32,000 nt of DNA, from the NCBI GenBank assembly GCA_025839675.1, contig CP104013.1, forward strand, positions 150,001 through 182,000, written 5' to 3'. The DNA is from Candidatus Lokiarchaeum ossiferum. GTDB taxonomy: Archaea > Asgardarchaeota > Lokiarchaeia > Sigyniarchaeales > Promethearchaeaceae. This document shows positions 27,901 through 32,000 of the stretch, in pieces (within the stretch, counting starts at the first letter, position 1; each line of letters begins with the position of its first letter). The notes beneath the pieces are model-generated. The model saw only the letters and a list, made by a program, of their open reading frames with translations. It ran no database searches and was not told the origin of the DNA. The position numbers and the translations under genes are program-made.

Positions 27901-28162
27901 CCCAGGCAACCTCAAAAGAATAGGTTCCACTTGATTCCAAGGGCAATTTGATTTGATTATTTCCGGAAACTCCTTCCATCTCGGTATTCCATACTGACAC
28001 AAAAGTATTTGATCCATAGGATGATTTGATTTGTGTTGGTTCAGAATATTCATCCCTTAATTCTTCATTCAAGGGTGTTATGTCAACGGTTCCAAATATT
28101 CCGATACAGAGTAAACTTATCACCGCCAAGACTCCTCCGATATTCTTGTTGAGTTGTTTCAT
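24995..28162 (-). CDS. Large surface protein: signal/anchor, about 24 DUF285-type 26-residue repeats (BspA-like), PKD domain, Gly/Ser/Thr linker, C-terminal TM anchor
   Basis: N-terminal module FVSVWNTE...YSFEVAWGDGENNT. Repeats of the type FxGAxxFNQPIGNWDVSSVTNMxxMF. PKD signature FWDFGDGTSSTLQNPTHSYSSSGTFTITLWVTDGQGN. C-terminus FFFIIMMGVMIHLIKNAKSKK. Confidence 0.85.
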   Translation of the reverse strand: MKQLNKNIGGVLAVISLLCIGIFGTVDITPLNEELRDEYSEPTQIKSSYGSNTFVSVWNTEMEGVSGNNQIKLPLESSGTYSFEVAWGDGENNTITAWNQSEITHTYPSSGIYIVEISGILQGWRFAGSGDCLKISEISQWGSIAFGNNGNYFEGCENLILTAIDAPNLAGTTSLERTFYRCLNLGTIGNMNSWDVAQITSMREMFFTGEWDLATDFNQPINLWDVSSVSDMNMMFGWATDFNQPIEVWNVSSVIDMGSIFTHAWSFNQPIGIWDVSSVTNMGGTFHWATSFNQPLDTWNVSKVTNMGGMFFDAYSFNQNINSWDVSSVTNMAEMFHGINIYNQPLNNWDVSNVNTMNSLFCGAETFDQEIGNWNISRVTDTSRMFEGASSFNQPIGNWDVSKVTTMNRMFLDTLAFNQPIGGWNVSCVLDMQSMFSGTSAFNQAIGEWDVSNVQHLDGMFCGASVFDQPIGNWNLTNIITMSGVFSSALAFNQDINNWDVSSITDLSHMFENAISFNQDINNWDVSSVTNMFSMFSGASAFNQPLWNWDVSHVNNMHGMFSNALNFDQFLNIWNISQVTTTRWMFYEAQTFNQPLDNWDTSQITNMECMFEHAFAFNQPLNSWDVSHVTEMNKMFDSAENFDQPLNDWNVSSVTNMNSMFSGASAFNQPLDTWDVSKVTDMSSMFYWAISFDQPLNNWNVSRVTNMGRMFGGATAFNGSIDSWDVSSVTNIWDMFIDTDSFNQDIGSWDVSNVITMHATFARAKAFNQPIGLWNVSKVTSMWYMFQGAENFNQPIENWDVASVTQMGSMFQGATVFNQDLSQWDVSSVTNMENMFAEAALSSTNYDALLLGWSELFLQSNVIFHAGNSNYHESIAGNAHDILTYIYGWTIEDGGPIKVLEVSFTPSSGNDVFRLEEFSLYGTSIGEFLPFTYFWDFGDGTSSTLQNPTHSYSSSGTFTITLWVTDGQGNTDYATMTIIVIPVSGTGSGTSDNSNPRGTQSEDTDPFADVLGSIPGYSMNFFFIIMMGVMIHLIKNAKSKKFSSGGLRRSLKFGS
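25645..27550 (-). repeat. Coding tandem array with about 78-bp period (26-residue repeats) inside the surface-protein gene
   Basis: The recurring string gacatcccaa...ttgattgaa is visible about every 78 nt on the plus strand (reverse complement of FNQ..WDVS). Confidence 0.85.
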
Positions 28163-28454
28163 AATATATCTATCTGTTTGTTTTGTTTTATTACATTTTT
28201 TATTGAATTATGACACTAGTATCTTTATAATTTATAAAATGTTTCGAAGTCCGTTATGAATCTAATAGAGAATTTGATTGTTTTATTATTGATCTCATAA
28301 TCAAGTCAATTCATTTTCCTTTTTAACCAAGCTTTTACACTCACAATAGTCATTAGAGATAACAATGTATGCGAAGCAGACATTATATAGGTCTATCCAT
28401 TTATGGGAATTCTGAAAAGTACTGCTAAAAAATTACTGGGTGATTAAAAGAGGT

Positions 28455-28761
28455 ATGTCTCAATCATCCTCATTTATTCCAAGTCCTTCATTCTGCTATC
28501 CAAAAAATTTCTGTACTCCGTTTTCTCACTTCAGTGGAACTCATTCTCTCCAGCATAAACCTTCCTAAACCAATGCCTTCAAAAGAACGAAAATGCTTGA
28601 CCTTCTTATATCGAACTGTCCCCCCTTCAACTTATTCTGGCATCAGTATTCCCTTTTTTCACTCTTTCCCGAAGGAATGCTCATCCATTACGTCTCATTG
28701 CAAGATGTCATTAAGCAATATTCCACAATTGACCGCTTTCGCTCGCTTTTGCCCTAAATGA
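28455..28761 (+). pseudogene. X paralogue B1, inverted relative to X at 23015-23317; apparently frameshifted or N-terminally truncated
   Basis: The C-terminal 75 codons (track ORF 28534-28761, GTG start) align without gaps to X. An upstream ATG at 28455 opens a 37-codon ORF in another frame (MSQSSSFIPSPS...) matching the X N-terminus (SPQASSSIQRS). The catcctcat and ccaaaaa anchors are 4 nt further apart than in X, which implies a frameshift between about 28470 and 28500. Confidence 0.45.
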
Positions 28762-28805
28762 GTACCTAAACATTTAATAACATTTTAATCATACTTCTAT
28801 CCAAG

Positions 28806-29312
28806 ATGTCAAAAGATATTATGATTACCAATATCGAGGAAGGCCGAAAGGCAATTAATCTGGCATTAAACCATCTTAATACCAATATTATTAGCAAAAT
28901 TTATGGTCTCGAGCAGAAAAGCTTGTCTTTGGATCAATATAATGGGACTTTTCAGCAATATGCACGTTGGTTAGTTTGCCTTAACAATTTCATTAAATCA
29001 GGAGAATTATACGACCTCCAAAATTTCTTAGAAAAACCGAAGAAGCTGCGACATTACCGAAAACCTCCAACTGTAGAAGGTACCTCGAAAAAGATCAAAT
29101 ATTCCATCGAAATGCCTCCGGAAAAAATCACCGCTTTAAAAAATTCATTGATTACCGAACAAGAACGGATTAGAGATTTAATTACTTTGGTATTAGAAGC
29201 TCGAAAACGCGTTAATGAGCGAAAAGCAATTCGACTTAATATATTGATATCTATTGGAGCGGCATTAATGGCATTAGTGTCTCTTCTCTTCAGCTTAAAT
29301 GTTTTTCCATAG
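28806..29312 (+). CDS. Hypothetical tail-anchored protein (168 aa)
   Basis: ATG ORF with a helical soluble part and C-terminal LNILISIGAALMALVSLLFSL. No family recognised. Confidence 0.5.
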   Translation: MSKDIMITNIEEGRKAINLALNHLNTNIISKIYGLEQKSLSLDQYNGTFQQYARWLVCLNNFIKSGELYDLQNFLEKPKKLRHYRKPPTVEGTSKKIKYSIEMPPEKITALKNSLITEQERIRDLITLVLEARKRVNERKAIRLNILISIGAALMALVSLLFSLNVFP

Positions 29313-29374
29313 GGGAAAATTTTGTTTGGATTTCCTATTTTTTTCTTCCATAAATTAAAATGCAATAATTATCA

Positions 29375-29482
29375 AATGTCGGGCGAATCCCACATAATTC
29401 ATTAATCCGTTTGAAAATGGAAGAATATCTGAAATCAATGATGAGAGGGACCAATGATGATCCTTTAGAGATATGTCTCCAT
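29375..29482 (-). pseudogene. X fragment B2: decayed 5-prime part of an X gene still attached to its Y partner
   Basis: The start context ccatagatctctt is conserved with 23315-23327. The minus strand reads ATGGAGACATATCTCTAA (early stop). Downstream CTTCCATTTTCAAACGGATTA aligns with X CTTCCTTTTCCCAGCGAACTA. Similarity is lost near 29375. Confidence 0.45.
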
Positions 29483-29566
29483 AGATCTCTTATGTGATAA
29501 ATCTAAAGGAAGGCAGAAATTTTTGAAGAATTATTCTTCTTCATCTGGGAATCATATTCATCCTTA

Positions 29567-29578
29567 GACTTAAAAGTC
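29567..29578. promoter_or_regulatory. Second copy of the palindrome GACTTAAAAGTC (putative operator) upstream of Y copy B
   Basis: Identical 12-mer, embedded in a 17-nt identical block agacttaaaagtcattt shared with 23407-23423. Confidence 0.35.
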
Positions 29579-29616
29579 ATTTAAAATATATTACAGTAAG
29601 GACAATTGATTTGTTC

Positions 29617-29772
29617 ATGAATTCGTCAAAAAAAACTTTTAATATCAAAGATTATTCCCTCGTCCAAGAGAATGCCTATCTACATTATATAAAGGGTAAA
29701 ATATCTTTGGATCAATTATATCGTATTCGTAGGAAATGTTCTGCCAAAATTAAGTCTGACTCCAAGAATTAA
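29617..29772 (+). CDS. Small protein Y (51 aa), SHOCT-like, copy B; below the ORF-track cutoff
   Basis: MNSSKKTFNIKDYSLVQENAYLHYIKGKISLDQLYRIRRKCSAKIKSDSKN is colinear with Y copy A. Shared positions include M.SSK..F...DY..V..NA.LH...GKIS..Q...IR..C.AK.K. Confidence 0.55.
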   Translation: MNSSKKTFNIKDYSLVQENAYLHYIKGKISLDQLYRIRRKCSAKIKSDSKN

Positions 29773-30158
29773 CTTTTATATTTAATTCTCTTATTGACAG
29801 GGTCTGTACAAAATTAGGATCGAGTTTTTCCTGAATATATTTGGGCCCATCCTTCAATGTTATCAGATTTCATCAAAATATGATCTTTAATTTAAAGTAC
29901 GTGCAGAAAAGAATTTAGTGTTTACATTTTGGAATGTAGTTTCTAACTTTAGATACTAAATAAAAAATAAAAAATCTACAATTTCAAAATTCTACCCCGT
30001 AAAGATTAAGGAATGCTTTAGAAATTGCCCCAAAATGTAAATACGTATGAATTTTTAGATTAATACCGTGGAAAATTCTAATATTTGTTTAATACTTCTT
30101 TATATTAATGAAAAAAAATAATGGGAAAGAAGGAACTCGAATTCGCATTCCAACCTTG

Positions 30159-30557
30159 TTATCCTGATTTATCTCCTTTTCCTTGCATTTTTAATTCAAT
30201 ATGATTAATTCGGTTTTTTTTTGAAATAAGAAAAATTACTGCCCAAATTGAAAATGAACTGAATCCTATAATACTGTAAATATTAAACACTTCAATATTC
30301 ATCGTTGGAGTATCATTATCTTCTAAACTACTTTCTATAGGACTAGTCGTTGTATTTGAATTTTCGGTCGTAGTTGTTGTACTTGATGCCGTAGTTGTTG
30401 TACTTGATGTCGTAGTTGTTGAAGAGTTAATTTTTCCAACATCAATCGTAGATCTCCTACTTTCTCCTCCGATGTTACTTGCTTTTATATAATAGAAATA
30501 ATAATATCCAATAAGGACCTCCCAATCAGAATAAGTAAAGTTATACCTATCAACCAC
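30159..30557 (-). pseudogene. 3-prime remnant of a surface-protein gene: end of an FN3-like domain, Thr/Ser-rich stalk, C-terminal TM anchor
   Basis: YYYFYYIKASNIGGESRRS looks like the last strands of an FN3 domain. It is followed by TTTTSSTTTTASSTTTTTENSNTTTS and IIGFSSFSIWAVIFLISKKNR. There is no ATG and no signal peptide; the frame opens just after a stop and begins at GTG. Confidence 0.5.
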
Positions 30558-30574
30558 TGCAAGAAGGAAGTAAG

Positions 30575-30635
30575 AATCTTCAAATAATTCGCTTCGACAT
30601 CTACATTACATAAAGGGTAAAATATCTTCATAGGG
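30575..30635 (+). pseudogene. Remnant of a third Y copy (copy C)
   Basis: 30601-30628 ctacattacataaagggtaaaatatctt is 27/28 identical to 29680-29707 inside Y copy B (codons for YLHYIKGKIS). The flanks are only weakly similar and there is no start codon. Confidence 0.45.
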
Positions 30636-30741
30636 AATATGTAGAAAATGCAATTTTACTTTTTTGTAGATGAATTGACTTGAATTATCTTCGAAATGTA
30701 GAAAATAAAAGTAGCTATTGATTTGTATTTATTGATATTGA

Positions 30742-30990
30742 ATGAGTAGGGAAGTAAACCAAAACAAAACAAACCTCTTTTTATTAATAAAAAAGACAAA
30801 GCGATCAATACTAGTATCGATCACCATTAGTGTTTTATTAGTGGGAGGATCTCTACTTCTAATGCAGTTAAAGTGGCTTCCAAAAACAGTTGGAGGAATC
30901 CTTTTATTTACGGTTCTCTTTTTTTTTGTGAGATCTGTGTGGTTAGATTATTTATATCTACGAAGGTTAATTTTGATTGGATACGTCTAA
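30742..30990 (+). CDS. Small hypothetical 2-TM membrane protein (82 aa)
   Basis: ATG ORF with two hydrophobic helices (ILVSITISVLLVGGSLLLM, VGGILLFTVLFFFV). No family recognised. Confidence 0.4.
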   Translation: MSREVNQNKTNLFLLIKKTKRSILVSITISVLLVGGSLLLMQLKWLPKTVGGILLFTVLFFFVRSVWLDYLYLRRLILIGYV

Positions 30991-31116
30991 CAAAATGCCA
31001 AATGTCAGGAGATTGTTAAAAAATGTCCCTTACTACTCCCTTGAGTAGGCGCTCCCATCCATTCGCTCTTTGGATCCGATCTCTGGTTTCTTACCACCTT
31101 TTGGGATAAGATCCAA

Positions 31117-31398
31117 ATGCGCACCTCCAATCTCCCCTCATCTATCAAGCATCTATTTAATGATCGTGCTAATATCCCCCAAATTCACTCGATATATGTG
31201 AAATCATGTCTGGAATTAGCTAGGGACTATGCAAAGGGTCACACTCTCTCCCCGATTCTTCACGAACGTCTTCTACATGAAGGATCCGATCGGGAATATG
31301 ACATTATTGCTGCTGCCCGCCCCACCGACAAATTGATCCTTCCCTTTCTTCAATTACGAAATAAAATTGCGGTGAAAGATCATTCACTCTTGTTATAA
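31117..31398 (+). CDS. Hypothetical protein (93 aa), locally GC-richer than its surroundings
   Basis: Supported only by being an ATG-initiated ORF. No motif recognised; it could be non-coding. Confidence 0.3.
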   Translation: MRTSNLPSSIKHLFNDRANIPQIHSIYVKSCLELARDYAKGHTLSPILHERLLHEGSDREYDIIAAARPTDKLILPFLQLRNKIAVKDHSLLL

Positions 31399-31405
31399 AA
31401 GAAAG

Positions 31406-31436
31406 TTAAAAAATCTCCTTCAGGAAAAGAAGGATC
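31406..31436 (-). terminator. Hairpin plus T-run downstream of rps10
   Basis: Minus strand TCCTTC-TTTTCCT-GAAGGA followed by GATTTTTT, beginning about 13 nt after the rps10 stop. Confidence 0.4.
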
Positions 31437-31448
31437 TCGAACCGTGCT

Positions 31449-31754
31449 TTAAATTAATTCAATTTCTACTAAAACTTGTTCAGGGAACATAATTTTCATT
31501 ATCAAAACCATAGAACGTTCATCGGCATTAACATCAATCAAACGCTTATGGATTCTCATCTGATAGTGCTCCCACGTAGTTGTTCCCTCCCCACAAGGAC
31601 TTTTTTGGGTAGGGATGGTAAGTTTTTTGGTGGGAAGGGGGACGGGGCCATACATTTTGACACCGGTTTTGGTGACAACGCGTTTAATTTCACTGATAAC
31701 TTGGTTGAGGGCATCCATATCAACGGAGCTTAATCTGACTCGTGCTTTTTGCAT
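31449..31754 (-). CDS. rps10: 30S ribosomal protein S10 (uS10)
   Basis: MQKARVRLSS...GVKMYGPVPLPTKKLTIPTQKSPCGEGTTTWEHYQMRIHKRLIDVNADE matches archaeal uS10 throughout. Confidence 0.95.
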   Translation of the reverse strand: MQKARVRLSSVDMDALNQVISEIKRVVTKTGVKMYGPVPLPTKKLTIPTQKSPCGEGTTTWEHYQMRIHKRLIDVNADERSMVLIMKIMFPEQVLVEIELI

Positions 31755-31760
31755 AATAAT

Positions 31761-31913
31761 TCACTTTAGGTACGGAGTTATATCGTTTGGCTTCGGATCC
31801 GAATTTAGAGAACAATGAGGTATTAGCGCAGAAGGGAAAGGATTCGGATCTGCCCCACCAAACGTACTCACAATAGAAGGCTTAGGTCTATCGTCTGCAA
31901 CAGAGAATTTCAT
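31761..31913 (-). CDS. Possible 50-codon upstream ORF/leader preceding rps10 (low confidence; may be a structured 5-prime leader instead)
   Basis: MKFSVADDRPKPSIVSTFGGADPNPFPSALIPHCSLNSDPKPNDITPYLK. Its TGA stop is 6 nt before the rps10 ATG. The ATG lies about 34 nt downstream of a TATA-like element. Confidence 0.2.
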   Translation of the reverse strand: MKFSVADDRPKPSIVSTFGGADPNPFPSALIPHCSLNSDPKPNDITPYLK

Positions 31914-31944
31914 CCATTGCCAAACCACTGAGTTTTGAAATGTA

Positions 31945-31968
31945 GCATATATAAAAAATTTTTCGATA
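31945..31968 (-). promoter_or_regulatory. BRE/TATA-like promoter element for the rps10 transcript
   Basis: The minus strand reads CGAAAAATTTTTTATATATGCTAC, a purine-rich BRE-like stretch followed by TTTTTATATAT. Confidence 0.35.
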
Positions 31969-32000
31969 AAAGGGGGGAAAAAAGAGGGAAATCGGGGAGA

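Noticed and set aside
28444-29365. An active invertible DNA switch. Inverting this segment would place the conserved X C-terminal region (28534-28761) directly after the X N-terminal stump at 29375-29482 and restore a full-length gene.
   Set aside because: The inverted copy carries its own X-like N-terminus (ATG 28455, other frame), so it is a second whole copy rather than the missing half. I found no clean inverted repeats at the putative boundaries and no recombinase gene nearby. It is kept only as a historical rearrangement.
31423-31446. ggatctcgaaccgtgc looked like the reverse complement of a tRNA T-arm/acceptor fragment. A similar ggatttgaaccc occurs at 4391-4402.
   Set aside because: Neither forms a 5-bp T stem nor a complementary acceptor stem when folded by hand, so no cloverleaf is possible.
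31755-32000. Expected the C-terminus of EF-1alpha (tuf) upstream of rps10.
   Set aside because: None of the three minus-strand frames in 31755-32000 resembles an EF-1alpha C-terminus. A promoter-like element is present instead.

Overview
AT-rich (about one-third GC by eye) archaeal chromosomal window. Archaeal markers are ribosomal protein uS10, an agmatinase/deoxyhypusine-synthase operon and tRNA-Gly(CCC). Several eukaryote-like proteins also occur: an SDS22-type LRR protein, a V4R/TRAPP-Bet3-like protein, and an Arf-like GTPase domain fused to a longin-like domain. Together these suggest an Asgard (Lokiarchaeia-like) genome; that assignment is inference, not a search result. Positions 1-22.6 kb hold ordinary housekeeping and accessory genes: a partial ABC substrate-binding protein, ITPase, an LVIVD beta-propeller surface protein, a 2TM-RCK protein, an orphan gamma-class N6-adenine methyltransferase, an amidohydrolase, two tandem MFS transporter paralogues, two tandem CPBP protease paralogues and an SDR. 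Positions 22.6-31.4 kb form a mosaic surface-protein island. It contains a 1055-aa DUF285/26-residue-repeat plus PKD protein, a membrane-anchored LEA_2-like protein and a truncated FN3/Thr-rich stalk fragment. The most unusual signal is in this island. A tiny divergent gene cassette recurs in three states of decay and in both orientations around the surface-protein genes. It consists of X (about 100 aa), a conserved intergenic region carrying the palindrome GACTTAAAAGTC, and Y (51-54 aa, SHOCT-like, too short for the supplied ORF track). The shared FLYRTVPPS block of the X copies differs only at third codon positions. I found no CRISPR array, rRNA, transposase or integrase. The ORF track uses TTG/GTG as M; I moved several starts to the first ATG where paralogue N-termini support it.
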